Positions 13,688-25,489 of a stretch of 64,000 nt of DNA are shown here, piece after piece. The first letter of the stretch is position 1, and each line of letters starts with the position of its first letter. The notes beneath the pieces are model-generated. The model did not search any database. It was not told the origin of the DNA and worked only from the letters and a program-made list of their open reading frames with translations. A program made the translations under genes and the position numbers. The stretch comes from Chiloscyllium plagiosum (Eukaryota): positions 59,965,410-60,029,409 of the forward strand of contig NC_057719.1 in the NCBI RefSeq assembly GCF_004010195.1. Direction: 5' to 3'.

Positions 13688-14751
13688 TAGAAATAAGTAT
13701 AAGACATCACCACCTTCACAAATACACTAAGGGATGGCAATAAATGGCCCATTGACAGTGCCTGCATCTGTGAACAAATAGATGGAGGAAAAAAACCGTA
13801 CCAAGCTTCCTAATGTGAAATGTTGGGCTGTTCCACTTTTGTGTTAGTTGTAAAACTTGAAGTCATTTTGTCATTTAAATTTATTACAGCTTTGCCATAA
13901 ACTAACAATGTAGAGATTCCTGAATGTCAGCTTTAACCAATCGCTGAATGAAATTTTCTAAACTATACATTTTGATAAATTATAAAAGAAAATAATGCAA
14001 AGAAAAAAAAATTATGACCCTCCCATTAGTTAGATTTTTAAAACCTGCCTGCACAGTTGTGCCAAAAATATTTGTCAAGGAGTTTATGCTTCTTTTGATC
14101 TTGGTTAAATGTGATGACCATTCATCATTCCAGTCATTAACACCAGTGACATGGAAATACAGACTTGTGGAAGCCAAATTTCTCTCTCGAGATAATGCAA
14201 AAGTTGGGACTCAAGCCAAAATGAACCAAGCCAAATGTTATTATTAAGATTTACATTTTGAAAGAACTTTGATATGCCAGTGTTACTGTTTACGAAAGAC
14301 TTCCAACCCTTGATGTTGACAAAATTTAAGATTCCATATCCTAGTAAATGTACTTATCCTAAATATCATTGAGATAATGATATGACTCAAAAGAAATGGG
14401 GAATCCAAAATGGAGGATGGGAAAAAATTGTGGCTGTAAGAGCTGCTCCTTTTTTGAGTTATTTTAGGTGTTGGACATGATTTACTCAAATTCGAGGAGC
14501 AGAAATTACTGTTTTATAAGCTTTTGGCTTGTTTTGGAAGTTTGGGGAAAAAAGATCAAACAACGGCACTTTTAAAAGGAGGAATACAGACAAAAGGCAG
14601 CGACTACATGGTCAGTGAGGGGGAGAGAAAGAAACATTCACTCCTGACTGACACAGCAGTGGATCTGCAGTTACTGCTTTTATTGTTTGAGTTCATGTAT
14701 CTGTGGATATTGGGGTGCATCTAGGAAAAATTAACAAAAAGCAAAATTCTC

Positions 14752-15985
14752 CGTGTGGGAAATCATGTCTCATGAACTTGATTGAATTATTTTGAAGAAA
14801 TAGCAAAGAGGATTGATGAGGACAGAATGGTAGGTGTGATCTGTCTTGACTTCAGTGAGGTGTTCAACAATGTTCCTCATGGGAGACTGGTTAGCAAGGT
14901 TAGATCTCATGGAATACATGGAAAACTAGTCATTTGGATACAGAACTGGCTCGAAGGTAGAAGACAGAAGGTGGTGGTGGAGGGTTGCTTTTCAGACTGG
15001 AGGCCTGTGACACAAGGATTGGTGCTTGGTCCACTGCTTTTTGTCATTTATATAAATGATTAGGATGTGAATGTAGGAGGTATAGTTGGTAAGTTTGCAG
15101 AGGACACCAAAATTGGAGGTGTAGTAGACAGCGAAGAGGGTTACCTCAGAGTAAAAAGGGATCTTGATCAGATGGGCCAATGGGCTGAGGAGTGGCAGAT
15201 GGAGTTTAAATTAGATAAATACGAGGTGCTGCATTTTGGAAAAGCAAATCAGAGCAGGACCTGGGATGTGATGCTGAACAAAGAGACCTTGGAGTGCAGG
15301 TTCATATTTCTTGGATGTAGAGTCGCAGGTAGATAGGATCGTGAAATAGGCATTTATTATGCTTTCCTTTATTGGTCGGAACATTGAATGTAGGAGTTGG
15401 GAGAACATGTTGCGGCTGTACAGGAAAATTGATTAGGCCACTTTTGGAATATTGCATGCAATTCTGGTCATCTTCTTATTGGAAGGATGTTGTGAAACTT
15501 GAAAGGGTTCAGAAAGATTTACAAGGGTGTTGCCAGGGTTGGAGGATTTGAGTTATAGGAAGAGACTGAATAGGCTGGGACTGTTTTCCCTGGAGCATCG
15601 GAGGCTGTGAGGTGACTTTATAGAGGTTTATAAAATTATGAGGGGCATGGATAAGATAAATAGACAAGATCTTTTCCTTGGAGTGAGGGAGTCCAGAATT
15701 AGAGGGCATAGGTTTAAGGTGAGAGGAGAAAGATGTAAAAGAGACCTAAGGGGCAGCTTTTTCACGTAGAGGCGGTGTGTGTATGGAATGAGCTGCCAGA
15801 GGAAGTGGTGGAGGCTGGTACATTTGCAACATTTAAGAGGCATCTGGATGGGTATATGAATAGGAAGGATTTAGAGGGATATGGGCCAGGTGCTGGCAAA
15901 TGGGACTAGATTAGGATATCTGGTCAACATGGATGAGTTGGATCTAAGGGTCTGTTTTCGTGCTGTACATCTCTGTGACTCTAAG
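14752..15985 (+). mobile_element. CR1 LINE 3' part in EGLN3 intron 3
   Basis: CLDFSEVFNNVPHGRL, LGPLLFVIYIND and KFAEDTKIGG; 3' tail ctctgtgactcta. Confidence 0.93.
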
Positions 15986-16115
15986 TTATGAGATTGATAG
16001 TAATGTTGCTCAAAAAAGTTAGATAAGCTACCATGCCATCTAGACATAGTCTAAATCAGACAGGTGATCCCACTGGTAACTTTAATGAGTAAAGGACTCT
16101 CGTATCAAGATTTTT

Positions 16116-16312
16116 TTAGATTAGATTAGATTAGATTACTGACCCTGCACATCTTTGGACTGTGGGAGGAAACCGGAGCACCCGGAGGAAACCCACGCAG
16201 ACATGGGGAGAACGTGCAAACTCCACACAGTCAGTCGCCTGAGGCAGGAATTGAACCCAGGTCTCAGGCGCTGTGAGACAGCAGTGCTAACCACTGTGCC
16301 ACCGTGCCGCCC
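16116..16312 (-). mobile_element. HE1-type SINE, internally deleted
   Basis: (ttaga)4 tail joined directly to the SINE body; tRNA-like head gggcggcacggtggcacagtggttagc on the minus strand. Confidence 0.9.
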
Positions 16313-16994
16313 ACTGTATTTGTATTCTTTTATTTCAAGATGGGATGTGGGCATCTCTAGCTAGGTCAGTATTTATTGCTTTTTTCAAATTGCCTTGAGA
16401 AGATGGTAATGCACCAATTGTTGAGCCACTGCAGTCCTTGGAACATAGGAAGATAACCATTCAGCTCCTTGAGCTTTTTCCATCTTTCAGTGAGATCATG
16501 ACTGATCTATGGCCTAATGCCATTTAGCTGCACCTTAAAATCTTTGTTTAACAAAAATTTATCTGTCTCGGATTTAAAATTAACAACTGATCCAGCATCC
16601 ACTGCCATTTATGTAAGAGAGTTCAAAACATCAACCACCCTTTGTGTGTAAAAGTGCTTCCCAATATTTCTCCTGAATGGTTTTGCACAAATTTTCAGAC
16701 TATGTCCCCTTGTCGTCGAAGCCCCAACTAATGAAATTAGTTTATCTTTATCTACCCTGTCTTTTCCTGATAATGCCTTGAAGACTTCAATCAGATCACC
16801 CCTTAATCTTCTAAATTCTGGAAAAAAAAGCCTAATTTGCATAATCTGTCCTTATATTTAACCCCTGAAGTCCAAGAATCGATCTTGTAAATTTACTTTG
16901 TACTCCTTCCAAGCCAATACATCCTAGGTCTACTCACATTATTCTTAAGTAGGGCTAACCTAGACATTTGTGTAACTGCTGCATAACATTTGCA

Positions 16995-17093
16995 ACAAAA
17001 ACAGAGGTTGCTGGAAAATCTCAGCAGATCTGGCAGCATCTGTGAAGAGAAGTCAGAGTTAACGTTTCAGGTCCGGTGACTCTTCATCAGAAC
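16995..17093 (-). mobile_element. Penelope 3'-end mini-element, family B
   Basis: acaaaaacagaggttgctggaaaatctcagcagatctggcagcatc matches the copies at 7.2k and 63.7k. Possible imperfect TSD aacatttgca / aacctctgca. Confidence 0.8.
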
Positions 17094-17095
17094 CT
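17056..17095 (-). ncRNA. Minimal type-I hammerhead ribozyme (best-preserved copy)
   Basis: Minus strand reads GGTT-CTGATGA-AGAGTCACCGGACCT-GAA-ACGT-T-AACT. Core boxes are intact, with a palindromic ACGT and stem I GGTT/AACT; stem II has a mismatch. Confidence 0.65.
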
Positions 17096-17699
17096 CTGCA
17101 TCCTTTTACTCCTGTCCTCTAGGTATGAAGGCCAGCATTCCTTGAGCTTTGTTGATTATTTTCTGCACCTGTTCCTGATATTTTAAAGATCAACGTCTCT
17201 TTGGGCATCCATTGTATTTAACTTAATACCATCTAGAAAGTAATCCAATCTGTCATTTTCTTGGTCCAAAATGGATAACCTCGTAATTGTTTACATTGAA
17301 CTCCATTGCCACAGTTTTACTCATTCACTTAGTTTATCACTATGTTCAAAATATTCAGTTACCTCATCCTTTATTATAGACTCTACATATTTCCTCATCA
17401 CATGTTACGCCAACTGGTTTGTAATTCCCTAGTTTTCCACTTTTGCTTTTCTTAAAAAGCAGAGTGACATGCAATTTTCCAATCCGAAGCGAGCTCTCAA
17501 AGATCTTAGTCGATCATGTGTTCCCCTACTTCCTTTAACACACTTAAATGGAAATCATCAAGTCTTGGGGATTTCCTCAATACCAACATTTTACTTGCAT
17601 TAACTTTATTTATTCCCTGTCCTGATCCACTGTTCATTTCCCTGGGATTTCTGGCAAGCTAGCTTCCTTTTCTCTTTTCTCCTGTTCTGTATTGAAGCA

Positions 17700-18300
17700 A
17701 AGTAAATGTGCATATATGCTATTAAGACAAGAGTTTAAGGATTTTAAGACCATGGCAGTGAAGGAACAGCAGTGCAGTTCAAGGCAAGATGGTGTGAGGC
17801 TTGGAGGGAAATTGAAGGTGGTTGTGTCCTATGTATTTTCTACCCTTATCCATTTAGATGGTAGAGGCCACATGTTTGAATGGTGCTGTTGATGGATACG
17901 TTGGGTATGTTGCTGCAGTATTTTTTTTAGAAGGTACACACTGCTTCCAGTGTGTTAGTGGTGAATGAGATGAATGTTGCAGGTATTAGATGGTGTGCCA
18001 TTCAAGCATGATGTTTTGTCCTGTATGGTGTTGTGGCTTTTTGAGTTTTCTTGGAGCTATGTCCAACCAGGTTCTAAAGGGTATTGCATCAGAGTCTTAA
18101 CTTGTCCCTTATGGGCAAACATTAGAAAGACAGGATTTGAGTGACTTGCCACAGAATTCCTTGCCTCTGACCTATTGTAGTTGCAGTTTTTATGACTAGT
18201 CCAATTCAGTTTCTGGTTAATGGCAAATTCCATGATGTTGATAACGAGGGATTCAGCAGTGGTAATGCCATTGAATGTCAAGGGGAAGGAGTTAGATGGT
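17700..18300 (-). mobile_element. Old CR1/L2-group LINE fragment
   Basis: Minus ORF TFNGITTAESLVINIMEFAINQKLNWTSH. Shares sequence with the fragment at 30690-30830. Confidence 0.65.
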
Positions 18301-19919
18301 TAGGTGTTCCAGCTGATGCTGAAAAATCTGAGGTTTAGTTGCAGATGTTCAGCAATTGAAGGGATGATTCATATTTATATAACAACTTTATCATATCCCA
18401 AAGTACTAGATAACAGAAACATTTAAGTTAAGCAAATGCAATGGCTACTTTGCACAAAGCAAGAAACCTCACTGGTTGAGGAAGGAATTTGTATAGAATG
18501 CTGAGAGCCCCTTATCCTGGAATATCCTGGTATAGTAGAATTCTATACATTGACAGCAATGGCTTCAACTTTTCTTTGTATCAATAATTGGCTTAGGATG
18601 AGTACTACACCTGAGGGACATAGACCAATCAAATAGCTGGCAGCTCTCTAGTTCAAGTAGCAGCAACAATGGGCGGCTTCTGCTTGGATTGCATTCAGTC
18701 CCCAATGGGGATTTTTTACTAGAATCAGAAGTGAGTGGTGGCATTGGCTGTTGAGGGTGGCGCAGACTGGCAAAGTTTAATGAGGTTGAGGGTGTGCGGA
18801 TGGACAAGCTGAGAAGGATTGTGCTCGAAGGATCTCTGGGAACTTTCGCCTCTAGCAGCTCGAGGAGAGCTTCCAAACTTTTCACTTGGAATCAGATTAG
18901 GTCTTTCATTGGAAGTATTATGGTGAACTGAGAAGAGGTCTGCAGGTAATTGGCCAATTGAGGATGTCATTTGGCCCAAAAGCAGGCAGACTGCTCAACA
19001 CCTCCCACGCCATTAAAATTGTAGTGGTGTGGGCAAATTGGCATCAGGAATGGCACCTGCAGAATTACAACTAATTTAATTGTCCCAACTGCTTTTCAAC
19101 CCACTCTCAGGACAGCACCCCTTCTAGCTCCAAACAAGTAGCTCAGTACATAGAACTTCTACCAACAACTCATAAATGCAGACAATTTTGCAGGCAATGA
19201 ATAATCCAAATCCAGGCATTCTCTTTATAAAGGCATCTGGCTGCCTTTGTAGTCCTATAAAATACAAACTACCCTGTAAATGAAAAATCATTTCAAGCAA
19301 CTTTCACACCTTGAGACGTTTGCTAGAGTTCTGTGGCATACATGTGCAAACATAGCACTGTAAACATAACCTGAAAATGGCTATAACCTTTGTCAAACTC
19401 TAAAGAAGCCTGATATATAAAGACCCCACCCCCAACAAATGTCTTTGACCTCAGGAACTAATGGGAAACTGTTACCGGCGAGAAATGAATACATTTGTAT
19501 CATTTAATGATGTTTGTCCACTGACAATGAAATAACAGGATTAAAACAGGAAAATAAAATAAAATTCACAGCTGATGTCCCCTCCATCCCACCATATACG
19601 CATTGGAGACAAGGTTTGCCAATATGCAAATTTTAACATGTTTATTGTTTTGAAGTTTTGTTATGATTTGCTTCACTACTTAACAATTGGTAAACAATAG
19701 CATTGGGTAATTGCAAACTTGGTTTTTAATTAAAAGACTGGCAAGACAGAAAGCCCAGCAGGTATTAAGTAGCAAATTACCTGTTGATTCATTACTTATA
19801 TCAAGTTGGACTTTTAGACTTCAAAATAATTTTATAAATTATTGTGGGCATAAAAAGAATCGAATGAAAGTACCCAAGATATTTGAAGAGAAATTTGTGA
19901 TTTTGGTTCCTGCTGAAAG

Positions 19920-20483
19920 CTGTCACGTTTGGTCCTGAAATTGACCTAATCTACATTTGAGATAGGTTACCTTTGGAGAGTAAATTAAGCTTTGAGCAGG
20001 TGAGGCTAGCTGTTTCACACTGCTACTATGTAGAGGCAACGTTAGTGTTATTCGCCACCAACAGTATATTGCCATCGAGCCAAAAGCACTTTCATAAATG
20101 GGTAACACAATATATGAATTTCATTGTCCATGTGATGCAATATGTGTAGGCTCTACATCCCAAAGACTGGCAATTCATATCAAATAAAGCTGTTCACAAC
20201 AAGCAAGTTAGCAACTGTATCTAACCAGCATATGCTTGCAAAATTCAAAATGCAGTGTCCAGAAGTAGATGTGAAACTACAATTGACCTACATTTGCCAA
20301 ATACAACTGGAATTAACTTTGCATTCTCCTTGGCAATGCCCCTGCCAGTCAGCGTTCATTTGCCAACCAAATAACAATTTCCTCTCATATTGTATAAATG
20401 TTGTTTTTGCTTTGGCATTTCTTGAAAATTGTCCTAATGAGTGCAAGATGAAAAGCTTTGAAAAAATGTACCTCTTTCAGCAA
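19920..20483 (+). mobile_element. Decayed Penelope-like element 3' part (GIY-YIG plus hammerhead remnant) abutting the EGLN3 exon 4 acceptor
   Basis: Pieces translate as FEQVRLAVSHCYY, LFATNSILPSSQK and GNTIYEFHCPCDAICVG (GIY-YIG-like). Ends with cCTAATGA-gtgcaagat-GAAAAGCTT at 20434-20458. Confidence 0.7.
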
Positions 20484-20505
20484 AGCTAATATTTTTGTGT
20501 TCCAG

Positions 20506-20579
20506 ATATGCGATCACGGTATGGTACTTTGATGCAGAGGAGAGAGCTGAAGCCAGAACTAGGTACCGTAATCGCACAG
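20506..20579 (+). CDS. EGLN3: EGLN3 coding exon 4, 74 bp
   Basis: Acceptor ttccag| and donor |gtaaaa. AG|A completes the 2-oxoglutarate-binding Arg, then YAITVWYFDAEERAEARTRYRNRT. DAEERAEA and the 74-bp length fit EGLN3 rather than EGLN1. Confidence 0.93.
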
Positions 20580-20666
20580 GTAAAATGAATTTTGATTAAC
20601 CTTTTTCTAAAGAAGTTATGTATAATTAGTTCATACAATTTAGTAACTTTCTTTCTTGTTCTTCAG

Positions 20667-20698
20667 CTTCTGGAGAAGCAACAAGCTTTACATCATGA
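20667..20698 (+). CDS. EGLN3: EGLN3 terminal coding exon 5 (32 coding bp, stop TGA 20696-20698)
   Basis: Polypyrimidine tract plus cttcag| after an 87-bp intron. Translates (A)SGEATSFTS*. The 120/137/74/32 exon pattern matches the vertebrate EGLN3 structure as I recall it. Confidence 0.85.
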
Positions 20699-21720
20699 CT
20701 GTAAGAGCGGTGAAACTTGACGGATGAGCTAAGCCTTTGAACAGTGGTAATTCACATGATCTTTACATCAACTCCAAAGACAAGTGTCCTTCCACAATAA
20801 TCTTATTAAATGCCATGTTTATGAATAATAGTGTATGTTGACTCCTGCTCTTATCTATAATAGAGATGGTACTGGCTGCTGTTTAACCTATCTTTCAATG
20901 AAAACGGTTTTTAGCAGAATTAATCTGTAATCCAATATTGCACAAAATAAAATTTAATGTTAATTTAATTATGCATAAAAATATAGCAAGCGTGACATGG
21001 TGTTAAATATTACGACCATTTTACATAATGAGGTCTAATATTGCACTTTATATAGATTATTTCCAGATTGCAAAGGCGCTGATTAATACATTTTAATGGC
21101 TATATTTTTTCTTTTGTATTTAAAAGTAGTTGAATGATTTTGTTTGTGGCATTTTTTTCATCTTCCACCATTGATGGTATTTGACCATCACCTACTGATT
21201 GTAATTAAGAATGTTTGTTCAATTTTTGTGTAACGTAAATAAACCTGATAACCTTACAGCTTTATTTAACTTTATTCTATTTATATGGAAGCTAAATATA
21301 TCATGCAAAACAAAAGCATTTCTCCTAATGTTACGATGAATCTTTATCGCATTTCACTGTGATTAAACTTATTAAGTCTTTTACCTTTTTTCTCCAATGA
21401 TTTACAGTTTACTCTTGTTTGTGAGCGCATTGTGCATTACTGTATCAAACTTGTGTTAACTATGTCTGAAGAAAGAACACAGCATTACAAGTGAAATATT
21501 TTCTGTTGTTGCCTTTTAATAGGGAAGTATAGTTCCATGGGAATTCCTGACGTAACTTGAACATGTGAGCAACAAAATTACTGAATTTGCAACTGGATGC
21601 CATCGTGTATGCTGGTCAACAATTTGGCAATTCAGTAGTGGCAATAAACAAGTTGTACTGGAAGGTTTCTTTGAAAACTATATTGCCAGATAATAAAATG
21701 GTCCCTCTTATAAGGACACA
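20699..21720 (+). promoter_or_regulatory. EGLN3: EGLN3 3' UTR with candidate polyadenylation signals (end uncertain)
   Basis: AU-rich, repeat-free sequence after the stop. AATAAA at 20946, 21238, 21643 and 21692, with a GT/T-rich tract near 21745-21765. Confidence 0.6.
21041..21050 (+). promoter_or_regulatory. Overlapping miR-130/301 (TTGCACT) and miR-17/20/93/106 8mer (GCACTTTA) seed sites
   Basis: ttgcacttta in the putative 3' UTR is an exact seed complement for both families. Confidence 0.5.
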
Positions 21721-22734
21721 GATATGATTTTATACAAATATGATTGGTGTGTATTTTTTGTTTCCTCTCCTCTTACTGCAACATTATTAAATGACTATAG
21801 TTCTGGTTCCATGTAACTATTCTTTAAATAATTAGGCTTGTTTTCAGTTATCCTGTATTGCTTCATGTTAGAAAAAATATAGATCTTGCCTTTGCTTATA
21901 AAATCTGCTTGTTAACATATTTGGCACTGTTAATTTTTAACAGTTGACCAAGAATTTCTTAATTCATAACTGTCTGTGACGTCATGTGGCTGGGAGTTAC
22001 ATAAATCAGCACATATGCAGATGCCCGTTGGCATAAAATTTACATTGTAATAGGCAGTTTTGCCGAAGTAGTCTTTGCTAGTGTTTATACTTGAACATTG
22101 AAAAAGGTGTGCTTTATCTACCCAAAATGTACTATATACAATTATTGATGTTTTTCAAAGTATTCACTGGCCAAAAGTGAGAAATATTAAGGAATGTCAG
22201 AGGCTGATCTCTAGGCCAGGACTGTTTATTTTTTAAAGAATATACCTTTTCACTATATAAATCAGAGAGTATTAAACATTTCATTGGAAAAGTAAAGATT
22301 CTAAAATATATGATAGGCATTATTTTTTGATATGGAGTGTTAATGGTCACAAGGTATCAAAAACACAAGATATGGAATGGAGTGTTTATCCTTTAGAACT
22401 GGTGTTCTTATTCCACAGTAGTGTTTAAAACTTATTCATCTGCATAGTTTCGGACATAAAGGAATGCGTTTTGTCCTCAATTATTTCTGAAACAATCTTC
22501 ATTAATGAACACCAACACATAGAAATTAAAGCTGAATGTACTTACAGAAGATCCGAAGTTCTAACAGTAGGTTGTTTTACAAGTACAATGATCCCTAACC
22601 AAAGACTTGAGTAACAGACCACATGTTTGCACAGTGAATTGCTGATGAAACTTGTGTGGTTATTATATTGGCCATTGCACTGACTGTGGCAGAGGGTGCC
22701 CGTGTCACCTGGTGAAGCCGTCAGATAGACCGTG

Positions 22735-23500
22735 GAAAGCCGGACAAATGTGAGGTAATGCATTTGGAAGGTCAAGTACAAGTGGAAATTATACAGCGAA
22801 TGCCAGAACCCTTTGGAGTATTGGATATGCAGAGGGATCTGTATGTGTAGGTCCATAGATCACTGAAGATAGCAGCGCAGATAGATAAGATTAAAAAAAA
22901 GGCTTATAGTGTGCTTGCCTTCATTGAAAGGGGCATTGAGTATAAGGATAGACAAGTTATGCTGCAGCATTATAGAACTTTAGTTAGGCCACACTTGGAC
23001 TATGGCATATAGTCTGGTCACCACACTACCAGAAGGATGTGGATGTTTTGGAGAAAAGGTGAAACAGATGTTGCCTGCTATGGGATTTTATCTGCAAATA
23101 AAGATTGGATAGGCTGAGTTTGTTTTCACTGCAAAACAAGAGTTGAGGGGTGACCTAACAGAAGTTTAGAAGATTGTGAATGACATGGATAGAGTGGAAA
23201 CTATGAGGTGTTTTCCGCAGTGTGGAAAGGTCAATTAGTAGGAGACATAGGCTCAAGGTGTGAGGGGGATGTTTAAAAGAGATTGCAAGGCGAGGGTGGT
23301 GAGTTCCTGGTGTTGCCAGAGGAAGTGGTGGAAAGAGACACAATAGCAGCATTCAAGAAGCGTCTGGATAAATACATAAATAGGAAGGGAATAGAGGGAT
23401 ATAGATTGTGGGAATGAAGATCGTTTTCATCTGAAAAGGCAAAATGTGGTTGCGCAGGCTTGGAGGGCTGAAGGGCCTGTGAATGTGCTGTATTGTTCTT
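22735..23500 (+). mobile_element. CR1 LINE 3' part
   Basis: DKCEVMHL-like start, gttaggccacacttgga, and tail gggctgaagggcctgt...tgtattgttctttgt. Confidence 0.88.
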
Positions 23501-23852
23501 TGTAAGTTTCTTGAAAGGGTGGAGGGTCCTGATCAGTCATTCTGTATCCAACCAAAGCTTTGAACATTGCTATCCCATCCCTGCTTATTCCCACTTCACT
23601 CTAGACAACAGGTCACAGCCTCACACCATCATTTCCAGGGCTTGCATGATTGGCATTAGCAAAGCTGCCCACTTCCTTTGGTGTCCTAAAGGAGGGCTAC
23701 TAATGTTACAGCACAGATCATTACTTTCATTGGTGCTGAAGAGCAGCCAGTTATTTGATTGGCCAATAGTGTTCAGTGGTAAGACAGTGGGGGGACAAAG
23801 TGGGAATCTAATGGCTCTTAAATCTTGTCAAGGCTTCCTGGCGATGTAGAAG

Positions 23853-24140
23853 ATTAGATTAGATTCCCTACAGTGTGGAAACAGGCCCTTCGGCACAACA
23901 AGTCCACTGACCCTCCGCAGAGTAACCTGCCCAGATGCATTTCCCTCTGACTAATGTACCTAACACTATGGGCAATTCAGCATGGCTAATTCACCTGACC
24001 TGCACATCTTTGGACTGTGGGAGGAAGCCCACGCAGACACAGGGAGAATGTGCAAACTCCACACAGACAGTCACCCAAGACTGGAATCGAACCTGGAACC
24101 TTGGCGCTGTGAGGCAGCAGTGCTAACCACTGTGTCGCCC
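23853..24140 (-). mobile_element. HE1-type SINE
   Basis: (attag)n tail, body and tRNA-like head; flanking 6-bp repeat tagaag at 23847 and 24141. Confidence 0.9.
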
Positions 24141-24319
24141 TAGAAGCAGGACTATGGACTTCTCACAAAAATTGGTGTACTTAGTTATAAGAATTTGGTA
24201 GTTTATTGATTCAAGATCTTGTACTGCTATTAGTACTATATTCAAAGGTGGCATATGAAATGTGTACAGAATTTCCTTGAGCTGAGTAAAACATGCAAGT
24301 TTACTGAGGGTATACTTAA

Positions 24320-24650
24320 AATCATAGAACTGTACAGCAAGGAAACTTTCAGTCCAGCTTCCATGCTGACCAGATATCCTAAGTTTAGCCAGTCCCACGT
24401 GCCAGCATTTGGCCCATATCCCTGTAAACCCTTCTTATTCATATACCCATACAGATACATTTTAAATATTGTAATTGTACCAGCCTCCAGCACTTCCTGT
24501 ATCAGCTCATTCCATACATGCACCACCTTCTGCATTAAAATGTCACTTTGGTTCCTTTTGAATCCTTCCCCTCTTGCAAGAAATTTATGCCATCTACTTT
24601 TGGACTCCCACACCCTGGGAAAAGACCTTGGCTATTCACCCTATCCGTAC
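24320..24650 (-). mobile_element. CR1 LINE 3' end
   Basis: Minus ORF VVHVWNELIQEVLEAGTITIFK...GLQGYGPNAG. Confidence 0.85.
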
Positions 24651-24654
24651 CATC

Positions 24655-25485
24655 TGTAGATGGATTCTATAGATGGGAGGTTGGCCTTTGTGATTGACCG
24701 GGCCAAGTTCACCACTCTCTGTAACCGTCTCCGATCCTTAATGATATTCCATACCAAGTAGTGATACATCCAGACAGAATGCTCTTGATGGCGTACCTAT
24801 AAAAGTTGGCAAGGGTATTCGCCATCATGCCAAATTCCCTCAGCTGCCTGAGGAAGAAGAGACGTTGTTGGGCCTATATAACCAGTGCATCCACGTGAAG
24901 AGTCCAAGAAAGCTTGTTGTGGATGACCACTCACCGAAGCTTGACATTCTGCACTCATTCCACCTCTGTGCTATTAATGTGTAGGGGGGCATGAGTAACA
25001 TCCCACCAAAAGTCAATAATGTATTCCTTGGTTTTGACAGCATTGAGAGCTAGATTGTTCTCAGTGCACCATTTTTCCAGGTCTTCCACCTCCCAACTAT
25101 AGTCTGTTTTGTCGCCATCTGAGATTCGACTGACTATGGTGGTGTCATCAGCGAACTTGTTAGTCTAGTATTTGTCGATGCAGCCATGGGTATACAGTAG
25201 GTACAATAGGGGGCTGAGTACACAGGGGCTCCAGTGTTGAGTGTTAGTGAGGATGAAATATTGTCCCCAATCTTCACTGATTGTGGCCTGTTGGTCAGGA
25301 AACTGAGAATCCAGTTGCAGAGATTGGGGCTTAGTCCGAGATCACTAAATTTAGTAATCAGTCTCGAGGGGATAATAGTGTTAAAGGCTGAACTGCAGTC
25401 AGTGAGTAGGATTCTTATGTAGCTGTTCTTGGTGTCAAGATGTTCTAGGAAGGAGTGAAGGGCAAGTGATATGGCATCTGACATG
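24655..25485 (-). mobile_element. Rex1/Babar-clade LINE fragment
   Basis: [41 protein letters not shown]; closely similar to the copy at 51.1-53.9k, with internal deletions. Confidence 0.9.
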
Positions 25486-25489
25486 GATT

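Larger units (their letters stand above)
16440..17640 (-). mobile_element. Decayed CR1 LINE with family B insertion
   Basis: Minus ORF EFRRLRGDLIEVFK...TRGHSLK...FYTQRVV is the CR1 ORF2 C-terminus. Confidence 0.8.
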
